Of a DNA stretch of 64,000 nt, positions 34,582-48,254 are shown piece by piece (position 1 is the first letter of the stretch; each line of letters opens with the position of its first letter). Under the pieces are notes generated by a model that saw only the letters and a program-made list of their open reading frames with translations, was not told the origin of the DNA and searched no databases. The DNA lies in the NCBI GenBank assembly GCA_030704615.1, contig CM060733.1:806001-870000 (forward strand). The letters run 5' to 3'. Source of the stretch: Takakia lepidozioides. Its lineage: Eukaryota > Plantae > Bryophyta. A program made the position numbers and the translations under genes.

Positions 34582-37500
34582 GACTCTTGGGATCCCATTT
34601 GGAGACAGGTGAACGAATCCTTCGAACTTCTTCTCTCCAGGAAACCTTCGACCCAAACATTCTCAGGGAAGATGTTTCATGTATGGGATGGCAACCACCG
34701 GTTGCTTGCATGGATGGCTGTCATTGGGAGGCTGCACTCACAGGAGGAAGAGTGACATTACTGTGTTCGAACGATGGTGCTGGATTGTGATGGGAACATG
34801 ATGGGTCTTCTGACGGCAATGAATGATGTGAACAAGTTGGTTTCTCATTCTACATGTTCCAGTTGTGGTTCCGTGGTTCTTTGGTTCCAGTCCTCTGTTG
34901 TCGGTTCTTGAATTTCATTTTGACTTTCACACATCATTCTGCAGAGGGATGGAGACATCGCATGTAAAAACAAGTCTGGTTCACACTTTGTATAGGATAC
35001 AGAGGATCGGCCAGATGCCCTTGACCAACTTCAAGACCATTATTTCAGCAGAGACGTACAAGAAGTGCGAAAGCTCCAAGACATCAGAAACATGGTACTC
35101 GTTGACCCGTGAGGCTTTCATGGAGTATATGTACGCGGTGAGATACATCTTCCATTATCTGGCCTTTGGATATTCCTGCTTCCAGATCTTTGTTTCTATT
35201 TGTTTCCCTTGCCCTTGTGTTAATGCATCTGTCGTGCATTCTCTTGCAACAAGACATTGCAGATGCAGGACAACGTGGCAAACTGGAGTACTACAGCTCT
35301 ACCCCTGAAGAGAGAAAGACAGCAAAGGGGGTTGAGAGTCACATCAAGCAAGAGATGACCGCCACAAGAAAGAATATTATGAGTGCTTTTGTGAAGCAGT
35401 TGAGAATTGCCGACCCATCCTTCGGACCACAGTTTCTTCAAGAGGTGAAAAACCATTTCAACAAGCCAGGCAAGCCGGAGATGGCCCAGGAGAAGTTGCA
35501 CAGGTTGTCTACCGCCGTTGTGTCTTCAAAACAGAAGGTGAAGTGGCTACAAATATGGAACTTCGATCCCATTGTTAGGGATACCCACATGTTCCCCAGG
35601 CCGGAGAAAGAGAAGAAGACCCAGCGTGTCATTCCAGTCAGTGACAATATGATGGACACATGGCTTCACAAGGCCACTTACTGGAGCCAGGTATGATGTC
35701 CTTTGCTGTGTCACTTTCATTTCGCTTTTCTGTCGTTCTCTTTCCATGTTACATTGGCTGTGATTGTTTTCTGGTTCATTCTTGCATTCGAATTGTTTTG
35801 CAATTGGAGAAAAGGGCCCAGTCTGTTCTACATACACAGCTGGCTGACTATGGCATCACCATGACAGCACCAAAGGTCTCCTTCCAAGCATACATGCGGA
35901 AATGGAGAGCCATAGTGTGGCAATCTTGTTTCTTCAGGGAGTTCAACAAGGAGGGTGGCATCAGTCGAACAAATGAGCTTGACCAGCAAGAGAAAAGGAG
36001 GAAGCCTGGAAACGATGCCTTTACAGGTGCGAAATGGACTATGCTTCTTTGTTTTGCAAAGACACACTCTCCTCCATCCAACCTGTTTTAAGCTGGCTCA
36101 TATGAGTGTGCGGTGCCGCATACTCATTTGTTCTATCCGTGTGTAGTAACACCAATGTGCACACCCTGGGCCCTTCAGGCTATATTGTGTGCGGTGGTTA
36201 CAGTGTGCGGTGCCGCATACTCTTTTACGGGGTCTTCGTGATGTGGTAGAAAAGCTGGGAGGCAATAGTTGCATTGCATAATGAGGCTGTCTCTGTGCTT
36301 GCAGGTACATAAAGTATGTTCTCATGGCAGAGAATTGCTTAGACAAACATCCTGATTTCGTGGACCTGTGGCTTGTTCCGGCTGGCAACCAGACCATGTT
36401 TACTACGGGGATCTTGCAAGACTAGGGCCAAGACCATTTTTCTGCCTGTGGTTGGTATTTGGATTGCCCTGTTTCTGAGACCCCAGCGCAGGAGGTGTCT
36501 TTGAGGAGAGAGAATGAGCATGTAGCAGCCACCGCCGCAACTGCCGACCTCGAGATTCATGATAGAAATTTGAGGACACTTGCAGAGAAGGAGCCTCCCG
36601 CTCAGGATACCCCGGGTAAAGGTAGAAAGGCAAAGGGAAAGGATGTTGTTGTTGGTGTGGGGAAAGGAGGGGTAGGGGGAAGGGAGCGCAAGGGCATGTA
36701 TGTGGGCAAGGAAGTGTTGCAGAAACTGGCCCTGCGGCAGATGTCCAGCCAACCAAAGAGACTCTACCGCATGGTAGGGGATCCGGGAGAAAGAACAAGG
36801 GGGTGGTTGATCCTAAGGACCCGTACCATGCAATGGAGCATCCCACGAGGGTCATTCGCCCTACCAGGTTGGAGATGGCCAACGTCGGGTTCCTTGCTAT
36901 GATGGAGTCCAAGAAATCTGATTACAAGGGCGATCCATCATCAGTGTGGGAGAGGATTGTGGAGTTCCTCGGCATGGTGCGTGTTGTCTTTTGCTTCTTG
37001 TGTGTTGTGGGCATGGCTCGTTTCAATCCTCTTCAGCATTCCATTGCAGGCTTGTTTGCAGGCTAAAATGACCAAATCCTGGATGAACGGGAAGGAGAAG
37101 CCATATGTAGCCGAACTCATCATCTTGGACATCCCTGATGGGTTTCCAATCCTGGATGTCCCTCCAGCGGGTGCTTGTCCAGGTTGGAATGCTTTTGATG
37201 AGCGCTACTGGCGGTGGGTTTTCTCCTTTTGCAATTTCTTTCTGTCCGATGCAGGTGTTTTGGTGCTCATCCAGTCCATCGACCTTCGCTGTCGCCGTGC
37301 ACTTGCCAGCTATTTGAAAGCCTCCGGTACGAGGGTCGTGAAGACATGGAATTGTGTGAACAACATGTACCTGACGAAGGGGGATCGTCCGGGAGAGATG
37401 GTAAATCTGCCTTCTTATTCCTCTTATTGGTGGTTCTCGGATGGAGTTGCATAAGTCGCTCAAATGAATATGGAGGGGCCTGGTTTTCAAGCTTCTTAGT

Positions 37501-38501
37501 TCCTTGTGGATGTCCTGTTCGCAGACTCGTCTGTTTGAAGCTGTTTGTCTCGTCCGAGTGCATCCACCTACGACTCCAGCCGTCATTAGGGAGTTCGCCA
37601 TGACTCATGGGGGCAAGTTCATAGACGAGAGGATAGATCCTCCCACGAATGACATGCACCACAACTACGTGGACTGCAAAGTGTGCTTTGCGAAGGGGGA
37701 ATGGGGTTCCTTGGAGAGGGGCCAAGGAGAGGAGCTCGGTTTTCATTCAAACGATTGTGGAGTGCTGCACCTACATCAACGCCAGAGTTCTAGATTTGTC
37801 AATGGGCACAGGTTCGTCTCTTCATCCTTCACATTTGATCGGGTTTGTTTGAGCTTGCACTTTCAGCACTTCCCACCGTTCCAAATGAGTCTTCAATGTC
37901 TGTTTCCTTCCTTCTATTCCATTGCAGGTGCTTCGTACCACGCTTGCAAGGCCAGTGCGTGACATCTCTTCGAGATTGAAGGGGATGCCAAAATTTACAA
38001 GAACCTCCTGATGGGTATGGGTGGACAAACTTCTCAAGTCCTTCCGAAGCCCCTTCCCGGTGTTATTGATATAGGAGAGGACGTCCGACAAGGAGCTGGA
38101 CTCCAACTTTGCCTGTGAGTAAGTTCAACCTGCGGATGCTTGCATTGTTGTTTCAATACTCAGAATCATTGTTCTTAAGGCAAAGTGCACATGGGAGACA
38201 TCCTCTTCGTTGGACATGTGCATTGCATCATTGTATTCAAAATGGGTTTTTGTCGACTTGTGCAGGAGTCCGTGTGCTTCCACTGACCCTCCAAGGCTAT
38301 CACACCTTTTTGGACTTCTTTCAAGTCCTCCTCAGTCTTACATGCTGCCCGTCTATGCGGAGGCACTCGCAGCAAGCATGTCCGTTCACTCGCAGTCCAA
38401 TCATCGACGGCCGTGGTAGAAGACGTGGTGTTGGGGCCGGAATCTTTGTGGATGACATAGCACAGGAGGTCGATTCTGATTCTGATGACTGTGACACTTG
38501 A
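34582..38501 (+). pseudogene. Spliced ParB-like + beta-class MTase-like gene (diverged copy 2, 5' truncated)
   Basis: SGKMFHVWDGNHRLLAWM at ~34663-34713 (not in the ORF track). Exons 34582-34835, 34945-35137, ...-35690, ...-36026, 36305-... have introns at the same protein positions as copy 1. LIILDIPDG (~37116); ERSSVFIQTIVECCT...VLDLSMGTG/ASYHAC..S.RHLFEIE. Confidence 0.78.
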
Positions 38502-39084
38502 TATCAAGTTTTCTTTTACTTTTATTCGGGGCCAATTTTGAAATGGGATGGTTGTGTGTCCTTGTTGTCCTGATTGCAATGTGTGCGTGGGATGCAAATT
38601 CCTAGGAACAAACTATTGTTGGAGATGGGGGTTGCATGGACTGCCCAGATTGTTCCTTCAATCTCTTTAGTGTTTTCCAGAGCTCACAGGCTTGTGTGCA
38701 TTGCAAAAACAAGCAAACGTCTTTGGTTTGGGCAGTGCATTCTCGCATCATTTGCTTGTTGGTCTCCAAACCATTCCTGCCAGAACAATGCTTAGTAAAT
38801 CCATCACGTTAAAGTCCACATGATCAAAGATCGTTCAGGCATTCTTCTGGTGAGCATCCATGATGCTCCCGCACATACCATACATGTTCGCAAGGGTGGT
38901 GAGTAAGAAAACATTTTGCAGGGATCCGCTTTGGATGATGTGAGTGTGCACCTGCTCACGACGTAGTCACATTCCCATGCAAGGGCTTGGTATGTTAATA
39001 ACGTCTAAATGGATGCAATGGATAGAAATGATGGATACAATGGATGTAACATATCCAATCTAAATTCCCTGGAAAGGACTGATC

Positions 39085-39218
39085 AACCCGTGGTAATAGG
39101 TGACACCCGTGGAAATAGGCCCTGCAAGTTCGCTCCGGCATGCTGATGTGGCGTGAGACTGTGCTGGGCTCACGGGCTCACAAGCTCATGCCTTCGGGCT
39201 CACGGAATAGCACCCCCC
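39085..39218 (-). repeat. Putative terminal/subterminal sequence of element copy 2
   Basis: Reverse strand GGGGGGTGCTATTCCGTGAGC...; GCTCA(C/T)G repeats and CCCGTGG(T/A)AATAGG twice. Confidence 0.6.
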
Positions 39219-40699
39219 GTTCCCCAACATGTTTATAGGATCTTAGTGTTTATCTCTTAATATCCATCCAGGGACCAATTAAATTTAACGGCCACTCCCT
39301 TAAGATCTGTGGCCCGCTGTGTTTGTTTTCACTTGAGTCAGTCTATTCTATAGTGGCCTTAGAGAATCCGAGTTACAGTTAAGTCTCAAAGTAGTACTTA
39401 AGCACTCGTAACCTTGTTAATAAGTAGGGAGGGATAATGGGACGTTATCATCGTTCGCTGAAGTCTGGCTAGACAGAAACAAAATCTACTCAGATACTAC
39501 CACTGAATCGCCCGAGGTGGTACATTTCCTGAAAACCGAGACAGAATCCTGACACCAAGCTCTGCAGAAGAAAATTTTGTCGGATTGATGCGTGCATCAA
39601 TGCAAACAATGAGCTTCTATAATGTATGTACAGCGGAAAGAGCCTCAATGACAATATGTTATTAGCACTTGCTAGATCAAGAAGGGTATCTCGTTTTGAA
39701 GAGTACCTAGGTACCTCTACACACCATCAAGTTTTCGGTACACTACTTAACGTCGGACCCACGATCCAAAACCTATCGTATGTCCGGAGCTCTGGGTTAG
39801 CTTTCGATCTACACTTAAACTTCCAAGGTGGGGCCTAGAGACTCTGCATGTGTACACAATATAGTTCTTGATTCCGAGTTGTTCATCTGGAGAGCGCAAA
39901 TCATGTCGGTCGGGTTTTCCCTCCCGCTTTGCTATTATTTGCCAGACTGGTCGGGCAAAACCACATGGGTGGAGAGAGCATGACAAAAGGAACAGGTTTG
40001 TTCATCAATTTCAGGGACTTGCAAGTAAGAAGTAGCATCCGGTTGGGTGAGGAATCGAACAAAAGAAGCTTTGTCATGTTGCAAAATGTAGAGAGCGGTG
40101 ATGGCAGGGATGATTAGAGTACATGTCCGAGGTCTCACATGACATTCTCTTCTCTAAATTATCAGCCCTGGTGGGGCTGGTGTCACATGCTGAATAGAAT
40201 ACTTGTATTGGGCGTTATGATTGGGGCAGGAGAGTGCCAGAGCCCGTGCTACAAAGTCAGCGTCAGCACATCTCATCCTAACAAAAGTTATGGCAGGGCT
40301 GCTAAGCTAACTCACTGGTCCCCGTCTGGCATTTCAGATCGTATCATTGTCACCTTCATAGAACGAGGAAGGAGATAATTTTGGGGAGAGAATTTTTGCA
40401 AATGAGGCAACTCATCATTCCTTTGGAAGAAGTTGTGCGCACATAAATAAAAGTATATCACATTTTTGTATACCTTGGTAGAGGTGGATAGATTGATTCT
40501 CTGTTGAGCCCTCTTGTGAGTAAAAGTGGGTTAGCAACTTACTAGCTTCACCCACGAGTCCCAATAATACTTTGGAAGAAACAGTGTCAGCCACTTTACT
40601 TAAGCAGCAGAAATGGGCTTTAAAAGCTTTGGACATCCTAGAGTAACTGGACAGTAGGGTGCCTTTGCGGAGGGAGATCCTCTCGCTAAGTTACAACCA

Positions 40700-41660
40700 T
40701 TACCCTCATTCAACAAAACTTTGTTCAAGTGGCGTTGAGCGAGCTTGGCATGCATGAACCTCGGGCAATTTTTTTTGTTCATACGATTCAAAGATAAAGA
40801 TGCTCGGGACACGGTTGTGAGACAAAGGCCTCACTTGAGAGGACAAAGATTGTATCTCAATGATGATTTGACCGCTATGCAATACGATGCTATGTGGGCT
40901 CAGCTTTCTCAAGTCAAAAAGGCTCGGTCGGCAAGGGGGCAAGTGTTATGCTATTTACAAAGATGGGAGGGTCATCATTCAAGAGTAGGAATGCCGCCCA
41001 CCTAATACTACATAGGGGTTGGGGTCCCATGAGACCACTCAACTCATGGAATTGCAATGGCTCATTGTGGAGCCATCCGCAAGGACTCGAGGTTGATATT
41101 TGATATCCCCTCAGAGGGTCATGTTCTTTTTCTCTTGGAAACACATGCATCTGAAGGAAAGGACCCTCCTTCCATTCTCGGATACCTGATTCTGATCACT
41201 CTTGCCTTTCCTAAGTTGCAATTTCTTCCATCTCTACCCCCGTGAAAGACTCCACTTATTTCTTCTATACACCCACATATTCCCTTCAATACTCCTTTCA
41301 CTCACGCACACGATGTCGAATATGAAAACTGCCTAGCATCAATCCTTCCCTCCATCATCAATCTACCATCTACAAATGACAAGGCTTCCTATCTTACACA
41401 CTCTTTGGGACTTAGCCCTGCATGCGATCATTCCCGGTCACCCTTCCATCTACCTCCTCACCTTTCTCCACTCATAGATATGCACCATTTGATGATGAAG
41501 AATGCAAACTTGTCAGGCGTCACATAAAATCTTTGCTCCTTGATATCCATTCTTTTCCACAGTCTAAAACCCAGCTCTCAAGCACTACAAGTCTCTCAGT
41601 AGATCCAAAAAGAGAGGCATCACCCTCAAGCTACAATCTACTTTCGAAGGCCTCCTAATA
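40700..41660 (+). mobile_element. Degenerate LINE: ORF1 C-terminus, APE endonuclease start, EN-RT linker
   Basis: IRFKDKDARD...LYLNDDLT; SWNCNG...FLLETH; PFDDEECK. Confidence 0.65.
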
Positions 41661-41899
41661 TGTGGCTCAAGAGTTCAAGTGAGCCATCTTCTACTAGTGT
41701 TTTCGCAAGTAGGATAGTGGACAGAAAACAACCCTGTTTGGGAAGAAGCAAATCTTTCGTCTGAGGTACAGGGACAAGAGGTTCAAAGTTTGAGTGTAGT
41801 TCACCAAGCATCCGGATCCTACGTCATTGGTACAAAAGGGTACAATTTAACAATTGATCGGCATCATCCTACCACGGTGTACATGTTGTTGTCTTCATA

Positions 41900-42812
41900 T
41901 GCCACTTCTTGTTGGAAGTAATTAAACATATCTAGAAGACTAAGAGTCTTGAAGGCCAAAGGTTTAGAAATCTAAAAGACTATCTTGTTTAACTCACCTT
42001 TGGAAGATGAATGGCTAGAAGGTGGATGGTCACCATAGTGGAAGTGGAAGTGACCAAGTAGGACTTCCTAGAGACCTTCTTGTACAAGCTCGGGGGTGAA
42101 GCCACTAGTCTAAGTGTAAGAGTATGATGGTGGCTTCTATGGTTGGGAGGAGAGTTTTAGTTTTAGCTTTAGTCTAAGACTTTAGTTCTTGTTCATGTTC
42201 TTGCTCAATTCTAACACGGTATTAGAGCCATTCTTCTCTAGGTGAGAGTTGGTAGTTGAGATTGAGAGAACTTGATCATGGCTGGAGCGTCATCTTCTAG
42301 CAATCCTCCTTCTAAGACCAGGGAAAGACAGCTTTTATCACAGACTGGGGTGCATATGCATACAAAGTCATGCCTTTTGGACTTTGTAATGCACCAGCAA
42401 CTTTTCAGAGAGTGATAAGTGAATCCTTCCATGAATATTTGGATGATTTCATGCAAGTGTTTCTAGATGACTTCAGTGTGTACAGTTCTAAGAATGAGCA
42501 CTTGCAGAAGTTGGAGTTATGTTTGGCCAGATGCAGGATGAGAGGTCTTGGACTGAATCCGGAAAAGTGTACTTTTTGTGTGAACTCAGGGGTACTACTA
42601 GGACACATTGTGTGTAAGAAGGGACTGCTTGTGGATCCTAGAAAGACAAAGGCTATTAAAGCCTCACGAGTGCATTAGATGTGAGAGTGGAAGATCGATT
42701 CAATGGAGCTAACTATCAAACCTGGAAATTTAGGATGAAGATGGTCCTTCTAGACAAAGATCTATGGGGAGCGATTGAAGGATCCATCCCAAGACCTAAC
42801 ACTATTGTTGGC
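41900..42812 (+). mobile_element. Ty1/copia relic: LTR end, tRNA-Met-like PBS, gag start
   Basis: ...TCTAACA then CGGTATTAGAGCC (~42216); RFNGANYQTWKFRMKMVLLDKDLWGAIEG. Confidence 0.7.
42325..42668 (+). mobile_element. Gypsy RT core fragment embedded in the copia gag
   Basis: MPFGLCNAPATFQR...FLDDF...LNPEKCTFCVNSGVLLGHIV; nearly matches 28930-29040. Confidence 0.85.
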
Positions 42813-42814
42813 CA

Positions 42815-43515
42815 AGCCATACCTTGATCACACTAGTTGTTAGGAATGTTTCAAGCCATAGTACACCACAACTGGAGCAATTGCCAAGGAGATAGGCCCA
42901 TCTAAGTACCTGAACGTCTGAAAACTTGAACAACAAGTGCAAATCTGTTGGGGGCTAGACCACAACCCCTTAAGAAAATTCAGAGCTTAGGATGCCACCA
43001 TACCTTGATTACACTAGTTTTTAGAAATATTTCAAGCCATAGCGCACCACAATTGGAGCAATTGGCAAGGAGATAGGCCTATCTGAGTACCTGAACGTCC
43101 GGAAACTTGAACAACAAGTGCAGATTTGTTGGGGGCCAGACCACAACCCCTTAATAAGATTCAGAGCTCTAGAGGCCACCATAACTTGATCACACTAGTT
43201 GTTAGACATGTTTCAAGCCATAGCACATCACAAAAGGAGCAATTGGCAAGAAGAGAGGCCCATTTGAGTACCTGAACGTCCGGAAACTTGAACAACAAGT
43301 GCAGATCTGCTGGGGGCCAGACCACAACACCTTAAGAAATTCCAAAGCTCTAAAGGCCACCATATGTTGATCACACTAGTTGTTAGAAATGTGCCAAGCC
43401 ATAGCACACCACAAATGGAGGAATTGGCAAGAACATAGGCCCATCAAAGTAGCTGAATGTCTGGAAACTTGAACAACCAGTGCAACTATGCTGGGGGCCA
43501 GACCACAACCCCTTG
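42815..43515. repeat. 181-bp tandem repeat, ~3.9 units
   Basis: CCATA..TTGAT.ACACTAGTT units at ~42817, 42998, 43179, 43360. Confidence 0.9.
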
Positions 43516-43719
43516 AACATCTTTATGGCTTTGAACGCTAGCATATCTTAGCAAGACCCTCACTATTGATGATGACCACAATGTATATGCCCTCACACTT
43601 CTCTTCTTCTCTCGATACCTCTGATGGGAATGCAACATTCACTGCCAATGCATTGTTTTTCTAGTCTAGACAAGGGGAGGAAGTATGTCTATGTCAAATC
43701 ACTAAAAGAGTATCCCAGG

Positions 43720-44705
43720 GCATAATTAAGGGGAGCATGGAACACAAGAGGCAGAAGTACTATGTTTGTGTATGGGCATTGTGGCAGTTCAAGGAGTACC
43801 TTAGAGGGGTGTACTTTCTCATTCAGACTGAACTTGATCCTTATTATTGGCTGTTGTCGGGACATCACATGGGCACAGATGGTCTTGAGGGTTTTCACTT
43901 TGACCTTGTAGGACAGCACACAACATGGAGGAAGCAGGGTGCCCCTGAGGGCAACCCATCCTTTGAGAGCAAGAGAGATAGTTTTACTGTAGGCATTAGG
44001 ATTCAGGGTGAACATCATCAGCCGCATTATGAGGATGTGACTAGAATGTGTGAAAGAATTGACATTGGGAGGGAGTGTTTGAGCTTGCCAAAGCCTATTG
44101 CAGTGAATCAACCCTACGAAGGGGTGGAGGAGAGCATGATGCCCAGCATCAATGTTGTTCAAACAAGGAAAGGAAAGCAGATAGCTGAGAAATTGCTCAA
44201 TCCAGAGGAGGAGGGAGGTGCAGAACTACCCTATGGGCACACAATTGGACATGAACTTATGGCTGCAGGGTCAAGCAGCGGATCTGGAGACACATCTTGC
44301 GTGATGCAACCAGAGTGTTAGAGTGCAGGTCATGAGGGTCTAGTTCATTCAGACTTTCCCCTACTTCATGACATTCATGTTACGAACTTGTTCCATTGTA
44401 TGGCTGTTGGCACTGCAGGTCCATTTCCAGTGACTAAAAGTGGGAACAACTTTGTATTGGTGGCCGTTGACCCACACTTTGAGAGGCTGGAGGCCAGCCC
44501 ACTGGCAGAGTGCACATCAGAGTTTGCTACTTGCTTTCTGGAGGACCAAATCATCATCCGATATGGATGCCCGAGAACAATATTTTCAGACGACGGGGCA
44601 GAGTGGGGAGGTTACTTTGACAAGTCATGTGAAAAGTTTGGAATCAGACATGGACACCTTGTGCCAAGTTGGATGCAGTACAACAAAATGGTTGAAAGGG
44701 TGAAC
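43720..44705 (+). mobile_element. Highly degenerate Gypsy RNase H/integrase remnant
   Basis: VWALWQFKEYLRG; AGPFPVTKSGNNFVLVAVD...RYGCPRTIFSDDGAEW...MVERVN. Confidence 0.6.
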
Positions 44706-44707
44706 TC

Positions 44708-47017
44708 TTCAGATTCAGCAGCTGGCCCAACTGGAAATCTGCTTAAGGCATCCACATTAGAATGTTTGGAACCAGCCCTGTGAATTATTTTGAAGTCAAC
44801 GTTTTGTAACATCATGATCCATCTCCCACGCCTACCGTAAGCGTCACTGACACTGGCAAGCCACTCAAGTGGCTTGTGATCAGTACGAATAACAAAAGGG
44901 GTGCCATACAAATACTGCCGAAATTAAATGACTCCCCACACTAGGGCATAGCACTCACCTTCCATTGGATGATACTTTGGTTCTGCCGCCGAGAGAACTT
45001 TACTGGCATATGCAATCACCACCTCCCTGTGATTGTGCTTCTGAGATAGCACTGCCCTTACACCCTTTTTGGACCAATCCACATCTAGGATAAAGGGCTT
45101 AGAGAAATCAGGTCTGGCAAGAATAGGGGCTGTCATCAACTTCAGAGGCAAGGCTTCAAAGGCATTTTGAGCTTCAACACTCCACTTAAACACGACATCC
45201 TTCCTCGTGAGATCAAAGAGAGGCACAAAAATTATAGCAAAGCCCTTAACATAGATGCGGTAGTACCCACACATGCCCACAAAGACCTTAACTCCTGTGG
45301 GATTCTTGGGAATCGGAAAGTGCTGGATCGTAGCCACCTTACTAGGGTCTGGTTTTACCCCCAAAGCAGAGACCACATGCCCCAAGAACTTCAATTCCTT
45401 ATTCCCAAAGCTACACTTGTCAGGATTAAGCTTCAGGTTAGCCTTAGTTAGTTTATAAAGATCCTTTCCAGATGCGCTTCCCAGCTCTCACTGTGCACAT
45501 TTACATCATCCACAAATACTTTAGCACATTCCTTTATCTCCTCATAGAGTATAGTGTTCATAGCTCTTTGAAAGGTGGCCGTGGCATTCTTGAGCCCAAA
45601 GGGCATCACAAGCCATTCATACAGACCTCTCTTGGTGATAATGGCTGTTTTCTTGACATCATCAGGATCCATCTTGATCTGCCAAAACCCACTTTGCAAA
45701 TCAAGAGCGGAGAACCACTCTGCTTTGCCCAGCTGGTTTAACACATCTTGTATGAGGGGCATGGGATAAGAGTCTCTTCTAGTGAGAAGGTTCAAGGGGC
45801 GATAATCCCCACAAAAATGCTTGGACCCATCTTTTTTTGGTGGAAGAGTAATAGGGCAGGAGAACTCCGAGCGGCTCTCTAGCTCTCATTTTACCTATGG
45901 CAATCAATGCTTCAATCTGCCTCTGTACCTCACCTTCTTCCCACTCAGATAAACGACGAGGCTGACTACGACACGGAGGAAATGCCTGTGTGTCAATCAC
46001 GTGTTCAACAACAGAACAAAACCCCAAATCAGACTTGCTAAGGGCAAAACAGCCTTGGTGCCTCCTAAGCAACGATTCTAGTTCTCTCTTTTGGTTTTCA
46101 GTTACCTCTGGATTGATGGTAATCCTGGCCCTTAGGCTGTTCCAGCGAGCTTCTTCCTCACTGCTGGCAGTCATTGCAACAACGTCTACATTGTGTACAT
46201 GAGCCAGTATGCGACTCCTTTCCTCACTGGCAGTCACCAAGTTCCAATCGTGATAGTCATCATCGATTTCAGCATTGGTGTTTGCCAACTCTCCTTCCCA
46301 TGCTTTGGCGTATGCCTCATGAATCATGGAGGATGCCATTCCTTTGGGACCTTCCTCAAAGATCAGCTCCGCCAAGCCTTGATCACTGAGCACCTCCTCA
46401 TGTTCTTCCATTGTTTTGATGGCCTCCCACACTTCAGCCTCTTGGTCATGCATCTCCACCTCTTCAGGTACGTCTTCCCCAGACGCACTGTGCCAGTCAT
46501 TATCCCTAATTCATGCCTGCAGCCTTTACATCCGCATAAGTCAGATACTGCAGCAGTATTTCCCTCCACGTTCTCTTCCTCATGGCTGATCTGGTTAATG
46601 GTGTGTAGAGGAAAGTGTGCTACTGCCTTCCCCGGACCATAGCGTATCCTCATGGTCTCTGTTTCTGCGTCAACAACTGCACCAAATTTCTTCAGGAAAT
46701 CCAAACCAGTAACATGTGGTAGGTATCCGTGTTAACCACCATGAAAGAGAGCCGGTTTGTTAATTCCCCTACAATCACCTTCAAATCTTCAAGTTTCCCC
46801 ATGGCTGTTTCTACAGCTCCAAAAGCAACACGATATGTGACATCTTTGTCACTCATAACTAACCCCATGAGCCCTAGGTCTCGTACAGTGCTGGCAAATA
46901 TCACTGAGAGCATGGCACCTGTGTCTACCTGTCCAAGTACTTGATGCTCTCATATGGTCACCATGGCATGTAGTGCCCTTACTCTTCCAGTGTAGGCATA
47001 AGAGATATCAAAATTGA
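44708..47017 (-). mobile_element. Gypsy pol (protease-RT-RNase H), frameshifted
   Basis: VDTGA; LDLQSGFWQ, MPFGLKNA, FVDDV; LDVDWS...EGECYA...TDHKPL...NVDALSR. Confidence 0.9.
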
Positions 47018-48254
47018 CACTAGAAGAAAAACGTGGAATAACCACTGGCCCTTTAACCACTACTGTCTTTTTCCACTCTATAAACCACTAGTAACCACTT
47101 GCCAGTGGTTAATCCCAATGAAATGCTACGGTGGCATCACAGACAGTGGTTGGAAGTGGTTCCAACCACTCAGTAGTCCATGTGTAATAATTTGTTTTTA
47201 TTTTTATTATTATTATTTGCTAATACATTTTAATGAATAAATATAATATTCCACGTGGACGAGTGCAGTGGTACATTGTGAGTGGTTATAGACACCTCAG
47301 TGATGGGAAGTGGTTGAAACCACTTGCTACTCCACGTGTAATAATTCAAATTTTATTTGTGATTTATTATTTGAAAATATATTTTAATTCATAAATATAA
47401 TATTCCACGTGGACGGGGACAGTGCACGTTGATCTTGAGTGGTTAAAGACACCTCATTGATTTGTACCACTTTGACAGTGGTGGAGAGTGGGTGGTGAAA
47501 GATACTGCAGTAATTGGAACCACTATGCTAGCGGTTGCTCATGAGTGGTTGCCTACACAACAGTGATTGGTACCACTTTTTGGGTGATACATGAAAAACT
47601 TTAAGTGGTTTGTGCAGCTGTGATAGACTTTGAAAAATAGACAAGTGGCCAGATCATTGTGGGATGATGCTATTGAACAAATGGTTCCAACAATAAACTT
47701 TATTATGAATCTGAAACATATTCGTCACCCTCTGAATCACTTTGCTCAACTGGAATAGCGGTTGGTTGCACAAATGCCGCTTGAATGGTAGCCAACATAG
47801 CCAGGTCTTCTTTATTTAGAGCCGTGGGACCATCTAATGACCTAGGTATTGGCTGATCTGATAAGGTAGACGTCGATTGGCACGCCTCTCATCACCACAT
47901 GCCTCTCTGTCTGCTGTGAACTGTGCCTTCTCTGTTGCATACTTTTTGTCACAAAATGGCAACAAGAATGACTCATGTTAGCAATGAAGTATTGCATTAC
48001 TTAGCAAAAAATACCTAGCATGAATGATACTTTGAAAACCACTGTTTCAAACCACTAGAGGAGTGAGCAGAATGACTTGTAAATGAACATGCTCTTCCAA
48101 CAAGTCACTTACTCAGACATTCCGTTACTACAGCATTGGTTATAATCAGGATGAACCACTGACATTTGTGACTTTGTGGGTGGTTTGATTACACTGGTGA
48201 TAGTAAGAATTGAAATTGAACTTGATATGAATAAGGTGCAATGAAAAGAAGTAC

